Positions 29,273 to 38,450 of a DNA stretch of 64,000 nt are shown piece after piece. The position numbers and the translations under genes are program-made. Under the pieces are notes generated by a model. It saw nothing but the letters and a program-made list of their open reading frames with translations. It was not told the DNA's origin and ran no database searches. This stretch comes from an uncultured Gammaproteobacteria bacterium (GTDB lineage: Bacteria > Pseudomonadota > Gammaproteobacteria > Arenicellales > JAANXG01): assembly GCA_947258495.1 (NCBI GenBank), contig CAMYIN010000208.1, positions 1,359 to 65,358 on the forward strand, in the 5' to 3' direction. Each line of letters begins with the position of its first letter. Within the stretch, counting starts at the first letter, position 1.

Positions 29273-32200
29273 CCGCCGGCCCCACCCGCGGCAGCGCAAA
29301 ACGAAAACACGCCCCCCCTCTCGCCTCCGCGTCCTCCCACAACCGGCCCCCGTGGGCCTCCACGATCGATCGGCTGATCGCCAGCCCCATCCCCATGCCC
29401 TCCGCCTTGTCCGTCGCAAACGGCTCAAACAAGCGCCCGCGCATGCCCCCACCTACCCCAGGACCCGTGTCCCGCACCTCCACCTCCACCTCCTCCCCGT
29501 CCAGCGCCCGCGTCCCCACACGCACCTCCCGCAAGCCCCCGTGACCGTTGCCCAGCGCCTCAAAACCGTTGCGCACCAGATTCACCACCACCTGCTGTAT
29601 CTGCGTCCGGTCCAGCAGCACCTTGCCCACCCCGTGCCCCGCGCGCAGACTCACCTCCACCCCCTTGTCCCGGCCCTCCGAGCGCAAATACCGCAGCGTC
29701 TCCCGCACCAGCCCGTTGACGTCCACCAGCGCCTTGCGCGTCGTCTGCCGGCGCACAAACTGCCGCATCCCCCGAATAATGTCCCCCGCTCGCTGCGCCT
29801 GCTCGTACGCCTCCTCCAGCACCTCCCGCAACTCCCCGTCGCCGTTGCCCCCCACCATCGACAGCCCCGCGTCGCAGTAGTGCGCAATCGCCGCCAAAGG
29901 CTGGTTCAACTCGTGCGCCAGACCCGTCGCCATCTCCCCCATGGCGTTCAAGCGCGACACCCGCGCCAGCTCCGCCTGCTGCTCCCGCACCCGCGCCTCG
30001 CTCATACGCAGCGCCTCCTGCGCACGTACCTGCTCGGTAATGTCCGTCCCCATGCCCCGGTAACCCAAAAATACCCCCGCCTCGTCAAACCGCGGCTTGC
30101 CGCTGACTTTGAAATACCGCACGCCCACGGGTAATTCGGTCCGGTAGGTGAATTCCCGAAAAGGCTCACGCGCCTTCAAATCCGTGAGGTGCGGCGTCCA
30201 ATCCTGGGAAATTCGAGGTTGCTCGCCGAAGCAAGACACGCGCGTCTTGCCCAGGAAATACTCCGGCGGCAGCCCGGTGACCGCCTCGATGCGCCCCGAG
30301 ATGTAGGTAAAGCGATGCTCCGCGTCGGTCTCCCAAATCCAGTCCGAGGACGCGTCCGCCACGTCTCGAAAGCGCCGTTCGCTCTCCCGCAAAGCCTCCT
30401 CCGCCCGTCTGCGTGCGGTGATGTCGAGCACCCCGGCAATCGCGCCCGCGTACGCGCCGTCCTGGTCCAGGATCGGCGCCGTCGCCAGTGCGGCGTAGAG
30501 GCGCGATCCGTCCTTGCGCAGGAACTCGAATTCGTGTTCCTCGCTGAGGCCTTGCTCGCGGCGGCGCAGGTTCGCCTGCGCCAGTTCCACGCCGCGTTGG
30601 TCCATAAAGGAAAACAAGTGCCTCTCCTGCATCTCCTCGACGCTATACCCGAGCATCTGCGCCATGGCGGGGTTGACGAAGGTGGTCATCGCGTCCTTGT
30701 CGATCACCCAGATCCCTTCCTGCGCCAGCTCCAGCAACTGGCGGTGCTTGGCCTCGCTCTCGCGCAGGTCGCGCAGTGCCAGCGTGCTGTTCATCGCCTC
30801 GGCGAGACGCACCCCGATGGTCTCGAAAAGTCGCGCTTCCTCGTCGCTGAATACATGTGCGTCGGCGCAGAAGTGCATGCCGAACAGCCAGGGCACGTCG
30901 ATGCGCGGGAAGATCGCCATGTCCATCTGCGCCTGTACCGAAAATCGCCTGGCGGCGCTCGGCACTTCGAGTGCGCCCGGACCGTAGCGGACCGTGCCCT
31001 TCGCCGCCATCGCACGCGCGAACGCGGCGGCGGTATCCGGCGTCATCGGCACCGGTACATTCCTTGCGAGCGCTCCGGGCCATGCCGGTTTGGTGCGTTC
31101 TCTGTCCACGCGAAAGCTCTCAGAGTCCGGGTCGCAGGGATAGACCAGCCACGCCCGGTCACAGTCGAAGGTTTCCAGCACCAGATCCAATACTGCTTCC
31201 AACATGGTGTCGAAGTCGGTGTTCCGCAGACCCAGTCGGATGATGCGTTCGGAGACGTCGACATGTCGCAGGTGCCTTTTCGCCTCCCGCTCCGCTCGTA
31301 TGCGGTCGGTGATGTCGATGATGGTGCTCTGGATCGCGGGTTCGCCCTCCCAGTCGACGACCCGCACCAGATTCTGCAGGCTCACGATGGACCCGTCCTT
31401 GCGCAGCGCGTCGTATTCGTATTGCTCCGGCGCCGGCTTTCCTTCCATCCGCGCCTTGGTGTAATAACGCAGCCGTTCCCGCTCCCCAGGGGCGACGCAG
31501 GGATCCATGTTGTCGAGGGCAAGGACCTCCTGCGGCGCGTCGTAACCGAGCATGTCGGCGAAGCTCTGGTTCGCGAACAGGGGCTTTCGCCAGCGGTCGA
31601 TGAGAACGCCTTCGATCGAGCCCTCGATGAGATTACGAAACCGCTCCTCGCTCCGGCGCAGGGCCCGCTCGGCGCGCTTGCGCGGCGTGATGTCCTCGTA
31701 CACGGTGAGAAAATAATCGATGGTACCGTCCGCTTTGCGCACGCAGCGGACGGAGAGGTGGACGTCCACCGATTTGCGGTCTTGGCGCAGGAAGCGTTTT
31801 TCCAGGTAGTAGTCGTCGATCTCGCCGGCCACGGCGCGCTCGAACAGATCCAGGTTGTGCTTCAAGTCCTCGGAGGTGCTGAGTTCGGTCCAGGACATAT
31901 TCAGCAATTCCTCGCGGGAATAGCCCATGATGTCGCACAGTTTGTCGTTGACCTCGGCGAACCGTTTGTCCGGCGTCGTGATTGCAAGGCCGATGGATTG
32001 GAACTTGAAATAATCGCGGAAACGCCGTTCGCTCTCGCGCAACGCTTCCTCCGCACGTTGACGGGTTCGAATCTGCCACATCAGATAAGCGGCGAAACCC
32101 AGGAGCAGAACGATCACGACCAAGGTCGCCAACACGAGCCCCGCGTATTTCTTGACAAATCCAACCGGCGCCTGGAACACGATGCTGTGTTCCGGGACGG

Positions 32201-33323
32201 ACGCCGGCGATATACCGAACTGCGTCAAACCCGCGTAGTGGAACACCGGTCTGTTGGGACTCCGGCGCATGACCGGGATGGTCGAGATCGGGGTGCCCCT
32301 GAGCACGCGCTCCGCCATCAGCGCCGCATGACGGCCCTGTTCACGGTGGCTCACCACGTACCCGCCGAGGGCGCCGGCGATGACCTCGGTCTCCCGCAAC
32401 GCGTACACCGGTACCGACGAATGCTCCACCATGAGACGGACCGCCTCCGCGTAGTCGAGCACGCGCCCGTCCCGGTCGCGGAATGACGTCAAGCGCAAAA
32501 CTGTGGTATCCGTCCCCAGGCCCTGCAGGCGCCGACCCAGTTCCTTCCAGCTCAAATCGCCGAGCGACAGCACCTGAAACTCAAGATCGGGAAACAGCTT
32601 CTCAACATACGCAATCATCGCCCGGTCCGCATGCCCGCTCGGGGTCGTGTCCACAGGGACGACCACACGCTTGAGAGTCGGATGCAGTGAGCGCATCAAG
32701 TGCATCGTCTCGGCAACGGAAACCGCCTCCACCACTCCGGTCACCCAGGCGTTGCTATCCATTGTGTAGGCCTTTGCCGCGTTGTTTACAGCGAGGAACA
32801 CCACGGGAGTTTGCGGAAACAGCGCAGACTGATGCTCGAGGACGAAATTGAAGGCGTTGTCGTCGGAGACCATCACCAGGTCGTAAGGGTTCCGCCTGGA
32901 CAACTTGTAGGCCAACAACTGCTGGAAATACTTCCGACTGATATCGTCGTTGAGACGCTTGCTGTCCATGAATTCGACATCGAGGTTGAGGCCGTGCTTG
33001 TCCAGCACCGACCGGACCCCTTGCAGGATGTGGTCCGTGGTAGGAAAGGTGGGATGATAGGAAAACAGCAATAACACGCGCTTGTGCGAGAGATCGGGGA
33101 CATCCGCGGACGCCCGGGACGACGTGCCGAGGAGGCACACCAGGAGACCCACGGCGATGGCGATCTTTTGCACGGCGCTAAGCTTCACTGCACAATCGAA
33201 CGGAGGCGAAGAGTCGGGGGCATAAGACCCGGAGTCTGCCACGGACGAAAACGCGAGCCGGCGTTCGGGGGACAAAACCTGGTCGCGAAGTAGGTATTTC
33301 TCCTTCGGTCGCAATACGCGCAC
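29262..33323 (-). CDS. Multi-PAS/GAF sensor histidine kinase with an N-terminal periplasmic ABC-substrate-binding-like domain
   Basis: The periplasmic region (RVLLLFSYHPTFPTTDHILQG...) is followed by a TM segment, at least 4 PAS repeats, a GAF-like region, HisKA (AHELNQPLAAI) and HATPase (DTGPGV, GMGMGLAISRSIVEAHGG). The start is uncertain (GTG 33323 or GTG 33188). Confidence 0.85.
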   Translation of the reverse strand: MRVLRPKEKYLLRDQVLSPERRLAFSSVADSGSYAPDSSPPFDCAVKLSAVQKIAIAVGLLVCLLGTSSRASADVPDLSHKRVLLLFSYHPTFPTTDHILQGVRSVLDKHGLNLDVEFMDSKRLNDDISRKYFQQLLAYKLSRRNPYDLVMVSDDNAFNFVLEHQSALFPQTPVVFLAVNNAAKAYTMDSNAWVTGVVEAVSVAETMHLMRSLHPTLKRVVVPVDTTPSGHADRAMIAYVEKLFPDLEFQVLSLGDLSWKELGRRLQGLGTDTTVLRLTSFRDRDGRVLDYAEAVRLMVEHSSVPVYALRETEVIAGALGGYVVSHREQGRHAALMAERVLRGTPISTIPVMRRSPNRPVFHYAGLTQFGISPASVPEHSIVFQAPVGFVKKYAGLVLATLVVIVLLLGFAAYLMWQIRTRQRAEEALRESERRFRDYFKFQSIGLAITTPDKRFAEVNDKLCDIMGYSREELLNMSWTELSTSEDLKHNLDLFERAVAGEIDDYYLEKRFLRQDRKSVDVHLSVRCVRKADGTIDYFLTVYEDITPRKRAERALRRSEERFRNLIEGSIEGVLIDRWRKPLFANQSFADMLGYDAPQEVLALDNMDPCVAPGERERLRYYTKARMEGKPAPEQYEYDALRKDGSIVSLQNLVRVVDWEGEPAIQSTIIDITDRIRAEREAKRHLRHVDVSERIIRLGLRNTDFDTMLEAVLDLVLETFDCDRAWLVYPCDPDSESFRVDRERTKPAWPGALARNVPVPMTPDTAAAFARAMAAKGTVRYGPGALEVPSAARRFSVQAQMDMAIFPRIDVPWLFGMHFCADAHVFSDEEARLFETIGVRLAEAMNSTLALRDLRESEAKHRQLLELAQEGIWVIDKDAMTTFVNPAMAQMLGYSVEEMQERHLFSFMDQRGVELAQANLRRREQGLSEEHEFEFLRKDGSRLYAALATAPILDQDGAYAGAIAGVLDITARRRAEEALRESERRFRDVADASSDWIWETDAEHRFTYISGRIEAVTGLPPEYFLGKTRVSCFGEQPRISQDWTPHLTDLKAREPFREFTYRTELPVGVRYFKVSGKPRFDEAGVFLGYRGMGTDITEQVRAQEALRMSEARVREQQAELARVSRLNAMGEMATGLAHELNQPLAAIAHYCDAGLSMVGGNGDGELREVLEEAYEQAQRAGDIIRGMRQFVRRQTTRKALVDVNGLVRETLRYLRSEGRDKGVEVSLRAGHGVGKVLLDRTQIQQVVVNLVRNGFEALGNGHGGLREVRVGTRALDGEEVEVEVRDTGPGVGGGMRGRLFEPFATDKAEGMGMGLAISRSIVEAHGGRLWEDAEARGGACFRFALPRVGPADGV

Positions 33324-33452
33324 TACCCATGTTTTTGCTCAGGGTATTGTATACCCAAGGTAGCACAATCGAATTAATCATGCCGGGCACGCGGCCGTAC
33401 GCGCGCCGCGGTGGAAGACAGAAAGCGGCTTCGGGCCGGTCTCTGCACACCG

Positions 33453-33803
33453 CAGACCGGCCCCTTACCCTGCACCGGGCGCTGGGCGAATGTGACGAAA
33501 ACACCGCCCTTGAACTGAACCGCGGAGAAGATCCGGGACCGTCGCCGGCAGAGACGCCGGCGCCGAGCCTGCGCGGATGTATTCACGGCGTGTCCCGGAA
33601 TCTTTACCCTCGGTTCAGACCAACCCCATACCTTGCACCGAGTGCGCAGCGACGAATACATCCCTTAGAACTGAACCGCGGGGAAGTTCCGGGACCGTCG
33701 CCGGCAGGGACGCCGGCGCCGAGCCTACACGGATGTATTCACGGCGTGTCCCGGAATCTTTACCCTCGGTTCAGACCAACCCCATACCTTGCACCGAGTG
33801 CGA
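33453..33803. repeat. Tandem array (about 2.3 copies, period 156 bp) of a highly structured repeat
   Basis: Units 33512..33667 and 33668..33803 differ at 5 positions over about 136 bp. Each holds nested inverted repeats (CTGAACCG/CGGTTCAG, AAGATCCGGGAC/GTCCCGGAATCTT, CGCCGGC/GCCGGCG). Confidence 0.7.
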
Positions 33804-33941
33804 GACGATGATTACCCTATGGGTAAACCCGCACGCCTTGTACCACGCGTTCCAACGCACGAGTACGGCCACGGCGTTCGAAGTCCTATCGAGGGGATGC
33901 ACGCCACCTCGGCGCATGCCTTCCTTTTTCAGCCAGCCGTC

Positions 33942-34400
33942 TTATTCCGTGATGGGATGTTCGATGGGTTTGCCGTCGGCATCGAAGTGGCGCACGGTCA
34001 CGCATCGTTCCTGCTCGTAGACGTACTCTTCGTAGGACAGCAAACGCCCATCCGGGGACACATAGTCCGCCCGCGTCGGCCGGCCTGTCTCGCTGAGCCG
34101 GTATTTCTTGTTGTATAGCGGCCGTTTGTCCTTGTCGAACATAGTCATGAACGATTCGTGCGTGTTGGCGCCCTCGTATTCGTAGGCGGCGAAATGGTCC
34201 ACCTCGCCGTTACCGTGGTATTTGACATATCCGATCAGACGCCGCCTGACATCGTGCACGCACACCGTCTGGTTGCTGAGAACGTGATCGGAACTGTAGT
34301 TGGCGATGTGCACTCGCGCGCCGTGTCCGTTGCGGGTAATGATGGTCTGTGCGCCGTCTTCCCATTCGTGCACTTCTATACTGATCTCCGGGAAACGCAT
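33942..34400 (-). CDS. Hypothetical protein (152 aa) with weak YD/MORN-like repeats
   Basis: High GC3 consistent with the host genes. Repeated aromatic-Gly patterns (YVKYHGNGEVDHFAAYEYEG, DGRLLSYEEYVYE). No confident family assignment. Confidence 0.6.
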   Translation of the reverse strand: MRFPEISIEVHEWEDGAQTIITRNGHGARVHIANYSSDHVLSNQTVCVHDVRRRLIGYVKYHGNGEVDHFAAYEYEGANTHESFMTMFDKDKRPLYNKKYRLSETGRPTRADYVSPDGRLLSYEEYVYEQERCVTVRHFDADGKPIEHPITE

Positions 34401-34654
34401 GTTTTTTCACCCTGCTGTCTGACTCAGTTCGATGCTGATTGTTGTTGTGTACGCTATCCTCGGCATCAGGCCTTGGACCCGTAACTGTCTCCGCTCTAAT
34501 GTGTACCGCAATTGAAGTCGGCAGTTCAACCTCTGTGTGCACTCTGTTATCCGGCTGTGATCTGAGACAAAAGTTGATTCACGGTCACACGCTGTGCGGC
34601 CTCGAAAGGGTATCGCCGATTTCGAGGCATCGGAAACTGTTTGGTGCGTAATCG

Positions 34655-34712
34655 AAAAATCGGCACCGAGGTCAAAGCCTTTCAATATCTTGAAATATCC
34701 GCCTTGGTGCCG
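34655..34712 (-). terminator. Candidate intrinsic terminator of the RND operon
   Basis: On the minus strand, an 11-bp stem CGGCACCAAGG/CCTCGGTGCCG (one G-U pair) is followed by ATTTTTCGATT. It lies about 130 nt downstream of the RND stop. The loop is long (30 nt, with an inner 5-bp hairpin). Confidence 0.4.
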
Positions 34713-34844
34713 GCACGACGGGATACTCACCGAATATCGGCGTCCATGAAGCGTTCATCGATTTCCCTCCGCAGTATAGTGCGGTAACCGGTCGAGCAAC
34801 GATTTCCGCAAGCTCGGCGAACGCAGGCGACCCCGCCGGCTATG

Positions 34845-37800
34845 TCAAGCCTTCGATGCGGCGGCGACCTCACCGCTGCGGGCACGCGGTTGCACGCTGA
34901 AATACAGCAGCGGTATCACGAACAACGTCAGCACCGTAGACGCGAAGGTGCCGAAGATGAGAGCAATCGCCAAGCCGCCGAACACCGGGTCCACGATCAT
35001 CACCAGGGTGCCGAGGATGATCGCCAGCGCGGTCAAGGTGATCGGCCGCAGCCGCGTGACGCCGGCCTGGAGCACGGCTTTGTCCAGGTCGTGGCCCTGT
35101 TTGCGGTATTCCAGGATGAAGTCGATGAGCAGCAGCGAATTGCGCACCACGATGCCGGCGAGGGCTATAACGCCGATCATCGATGTCGCCGTGAAATACT
35201 GCCCCATCAACGTGTGTCCGGGAAACACCCCGACTATGGTCAAGGGAATAGCCCCCATCACCACCAGCGGAATGACGAAGGAGCGGTAGTAGCCAACGAG
35301 TATGAGGTAGATGAGCAGCACCGCAACCCCGAACGCCGCCCCGAGATCCCGGAAGACATCGAGCGTCAAGCGCATCTCCCCATCCCAGCGCAGCGACCAG
35401 GACGACGTCCCGGGGTCGGACATGAAATATTGATCCAGGCGCACGCCGCCGGGTAGCGGATTGTCGCTGAGGTATTTCCACATGTTCAGAACGGCGTAGA
35501 CCTGACTGGTCGAGGCGAGCTCGCCGGTCACGTAAACCACGGGGCGCTGGTCTTTGTGATGGATGATCTTCGGCGCCGTGATCTCCACCACCTCGGCGAT
35601 ACGGTTCAAGGGCACCTGCCGGCCCTGGGGCGTGATGAAGAATATCCGGTTCAGGTCCGCCGGGGTTCGCCGATCCGAGATGGGGATGCGGAAACGTATG
35701 GGCACGGGTTCCTTTTCGAACTCCATATGCACCGTGCCGACATCGTAGCCGTCCAGAAAGGTCCTCAGCGTCTGCGCGATATCAACGGGTGGGATGCCGG
35801 CGAGGGCCGCCTTCTCCCGGTTAACCACGATCTTGAACTCCCGCACTTCCTCGCCCACGGAATCGTCGATGTCGACCACGTCGTAGGTTTTTTCAAACAC
35901 CCCCGCGCGCAGTTCCTCGGCAATCCGACGCAGTTGATCGTAGTCCGGACCGTAGAGCTCTGCGATGATGGTGGCCCGCACCGGGGGACCGGGCGGGTCT
36001 TCGACGAGCTTGATGTTCGCGCCGGTCCGGCGCGCCAGATCGGCGATCGGCGCGCGGAACGCCTGCACGATATCTATGGAACTCTGGGGGCGTACGTGCT
36101 TGTTGCGTAGATTCACCCGCACCTCCGCCACGTGGGAACCCTGCTTCAAGCCGCTGCCCCGCAGCATGCCGTTGAAGTCGATGATGCCGGACTGTCCTAC
36201 GGTGGTTTCGTAGGTCTCCACGTCCTCATGCCGGCGCAGCGCATCGGCGATCAGGCGCGCCACACGGTCGGTCTCCTCCAACGCCGTGCCCTCCGGCATG
36301 TCGATGGTGACGTTGAAGGTGTTGGTATTGTTTTTCGGCAGCATTTTGAAGCGCACGAGATCGAAGACCGGCATCGCTAGCACCGCGCCCAGCAGCGCCA
36401 GGATGGCGAGAAAGAACATCGCCCGCACTATCCCATTACGCAGCAGCACCCCCATGACCACGGCGTAACCGCGCTCCAGCCACCCGGACTTGTGTTCGTG
36501 GCCGTGGCCGCCGCCTTTGATCTTCAGCCAGCGGTAGGCCGCCCAGGGCGCGACGGTATAAGCGATGGCCAGCGACGTGATCATGGCGACCGGAACGTTG
36601 AAGGGGATCGGGCCCATGTACGGCCCCATCATGCCGGTGACCCACAACATGGGCAGAAACGCGAGTATCACGGTAAAGGTGGCGAGATTGGTGGGCTTGC
36701 CGATTTCGTTGACCGCGATCACCGCTTCCTTCAATCGTTCCACGCCCCGCTGGGAGTAGTGGCGGTAGATGTTCTCTATGACGACGATGGAGTCGTCGAC
36801 CAGCAGACCCAGAGAGAGGATCAGCGCAAACAGCGTGATGCGGTTGATGCTCTGTCCCGAGACGTATCCGATAGCCAGGGTCATGAACAGAATCAGCGGT
36901 ATGGTGATGGTGACGATCCCCGCGGCGCGCCAACCGAGAAACACGACCAGCAACAGAATTATGGTGCCCACCGCAATGGCGAGGTGTTCCATCAAGGTAT
37001 TCACGGCGTCGCGCGCGCGCGCACCGTCGTTCCGGGTAACGTTCACGATGACGCCGTCGGGCACGATGTCGGCGCGAACGCGTTCCAACTCCCGGACCAC
37101 CCGGTCCGACACCGCCACCGCGTTCACACCCGGGCGCTTGGCGATGGCAATGGAGACCGCCGGGACTTCGTAGTCGAGAGGCCGGACACCGGCGTATGCG
37201 GGGCCGAAACCGATGCGGTGCACGCGCTCGATCTCGCCGGCGCCGTCGCTGATGTCGGCGATCTGCCGCAGATATACGGGTTGATGACGATCCACCGCGA
37301 CGACAAGTTCGCCCACTTCCTCCGCGGTGCGGAGGAACGCACCGGACCGCACCTTGGCGAGCAGGTTGTTGCTCACCAGCGTTCCCGCAGGTATGTCCAC
37401 GTTGGTCGCCTGCAACACCCGCCGCACGTCCACCAGGGTAACGTTGAATTTCCGCATGCGCTCGAGATCGAGATGGACGTTGATCTGGCGCCGCCGCCCG
37501 CCGTGCACGAACGAGGCCGACGTGCCTTCCACGCGGCGCAGGTGTTCCAGCAGATCGTTCGCAACACGGCGCAGCGCCATATCGTCGTGGGTGGCGGAGG
37601 AAACCGAAATCACGAGTATCGGCACGTCGTCCACATCCACCGGTTTTACCAACGGTTGATTGGTGCCGGGGGGTATCCGATCGAGGTTGCTCATGATGCG
37701 GTCGTAGAGTTTTACCAGAGAGTCTTCCTTGTCCTCACCGACATCGAACTGGACGCTGACCACACCCAGCGAATCCAGGGCCATGCCGTAGGTGTGCTTG

Positions 37801-38075
37801 ATCCCGGACATTCCCTGCAGAATCGCTTCCAGGGGTTTTACGATCAGCTGTTCCACTTCTTTCGGCGAAGCGCCGGGTTTCTCGACGAGGACATTCGCCG
37901 CGGGCACGACGATCTGCGGATTCTCCTCCCTCGGCGTGACCAGGAACGCCAGCCCACCGGATATGAATGCGAACACCACCAGCAGCACGGTCAGCTTGCT
38001 GTCTATGAAATACCGCGCCACGCGCCCGGCCGCGTTCAATGTATCTTTATCCCCGGATGGTGGACCGTCGTTCAT
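34845..38075 (-). CDS. RND efflux transporter permease (AcrB/HAE-like)
   Basis: 1076 aa with 12-TM RND architecture. The TM4 motif GLLVDDSIVVIENIYRH carries the AcrB-type DD pair rather than the HME DGA/VEN motif. Confidence 0.9.
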   Translation of the reverse strand: MNDGPPSGDKDTLNAAGRVARYFIDSKLTVLLVVFAFISGGLAFLVTPREENPQIVVPAANVLVEKPGASPKEVEQLIVKPLEAILQGMSGIKHTYGMALDSLGVVSVQFDVGEDKEDSLVKLYDRIMSNLDRIPPGTNQPLVKPVDVDDVPILVISVSSATHDDMALRRVANDLLEHLRRVEGTSASFVHGGRRRQINVHLDLERMRKFNVTLVDVRRVLQATNVDIPAGTLVSNNLLAKVRSGAFLRTAEEVGELVVAVDRHQPVYLRQIADISDGAGEIERVHRIGFGPAYAGVRPLDYEVPAVSIAIAKRPGVNAVAVSDRVVRELERVRADIVPDGVIVNVTRNDGARARDAVNTLMEHLAIAVGTIILLLVVFLGWRAAGIVTITIPLILFMTLAIGYVSGQSINRITLFALILSLGLLVDDSIVVIENIYRHYSQRGVERLKEAVIAVNEIGKPTNLATFTVILAFLPMLWVTGMMGPYMGPIPFNVPVAMITSLAIAYTVAPWAAYRWLKIKGGGHGHEHKSGWLERGYAVVMGVLLRNGIVRAMFFLAILALLGAVLAMPVFDLVRFKMLPKNNTNTFNVTIDMPEGTALEETDRVARLIADALRRHEDVETYETTVGQSGIIDFNGMLRGSGLKQGSHVAEVRVNLRNKHVRPQSSIDIVQAFRAPIADLARRTGANIKLVEDPPGPPVRATIIAELYGPDYDQLRRIAEELRAGVFEKTYDVVDIDDSVGEEVREFKIVVNREKAALAGIPPVDIAQTLRTFLDGYDVGTVHMEFEKEPVPIRFRIPISDRRTPADLNRIFFITPQGRQVPLNRIAEVVEITAPKIIHHKDQRPVVYVTGELASTSQVYAVLNMWKYLSDNPLPGGVRLDQYFMSDPGTSSWSLRWDGEMRLTLDVFRDLGAAFGVAVLLIYLILVGYYRSFVIPLVVMGAIPLTIVGVFPGHTLMGQYFTATSMIGVIALAGIVVRNSLLLIDFILEYRKQGHDLDKAVLQAGVTRLRPITLTALAIILGTLVMIVDPVFGGLAIALIFGTFASTVLTLFVIPLLYFSVQPRARSGEVAAASKA

Positions 38076-38090
38076 CGCTTCACCGTCATC

Positions 38091-38450
38091 CTATTCAAGC
38101 GGGCGCAGCGGCGAGCCGTCGTGCACGGTTTCCAGATCCCCGATCACCAGGGTCTCGCCGCCGTGCAGACCGCTCAGCGCCTCGATACGCTTGCCCGCGG
38201 CTCGACCGAATTTCACCATATGGAAACGCGCGCGCCCTTCGCGCACCACGAACACGCCCGGCACTCCGGCGCGGGTCAGCTTCGCCGCTTTGGGTACGCT
38301 GAGTATGCCGCCGGCCGCGGGCGGTGTGATCTCCACGGTAGCGCGCTCCACGGGCGGGAGCTCCACTTCGGGGGTGGGTTCCGGAGCCGGATGACAGGCA
38401 ACCAGCAGTGCGCAGCAAACGGCGCCGATGCCGCCCGGTGTCGATCTCAT
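38091..38450 (-). CDS. 119-aa lipoprotein resembling only the C-terminal beta-barrel part of an RND periplasmic adaptor (MFP)
   Basis: Lipobox LVAC. GVPGVFVVREGRARFHMVKFGRAAGKRIEALSGLHGGETLVIGD is typical of MFP C-termini. Its ATG overlaps the OMF stop (ATGA), and it ends 15 nt before the RND gene. Confidence 0.6.
   Translation of the reverse strand: MRSTPGGIGAVCCALLVACHPAPEPTPEVELPPVERATVEITPPAAGGILSVPKAAKLTRAGVPGVFVVREGRARFHMVKFGRAAGKRIEALSGLHGGETLVIGDLETVHDGSPLRPLE

Noticed and set aside
33453-33803. Whether the tandem repeats could be a CRISPR array.
   Set aside because: The units are 156 bp and directly abutting, with no unique spacers. There is no 24-48-bp repeat/spacer periodicity, and no cas genes are in the window.
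33329-33811. A 160-aa ORF reading through the 156-bp tandem repeats, giving a repeated 52-aa peptide.
   Set aside because: The frame stays open only because the repeat period is a multiple of 3. The sequence has strong nested inverted repeats typical of non-coding structured elements. There is no SD or recognisable start context, and the composition is Pro/Arg-rich.
33797-33917. A possible 48-aa ORF (MRRGGVHPLDRTSNAVAVLVRWNAWYKACGFTHRVIIVSHSVQGMGLV) downstream of the 152-aa gene. It was considered as a transposase or RAYT remnant next to the repeats.
   Set aside because: I found no convincing similarity to any transposase motif I could recall. It runs into the repeat unit, and the SD spacing is very short. 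It is kept only as a note.
34407-34730. A 107-aa minus-strand ORF ending 6 nt before the hypothetical gene at 34400.
   Set aside because: It has a GTG start without an SD. Its GC3 (roughly 58% by hand count) is well below that of neighbouring real genes. It also spans the terminator-like hairpin at 34661..34712.
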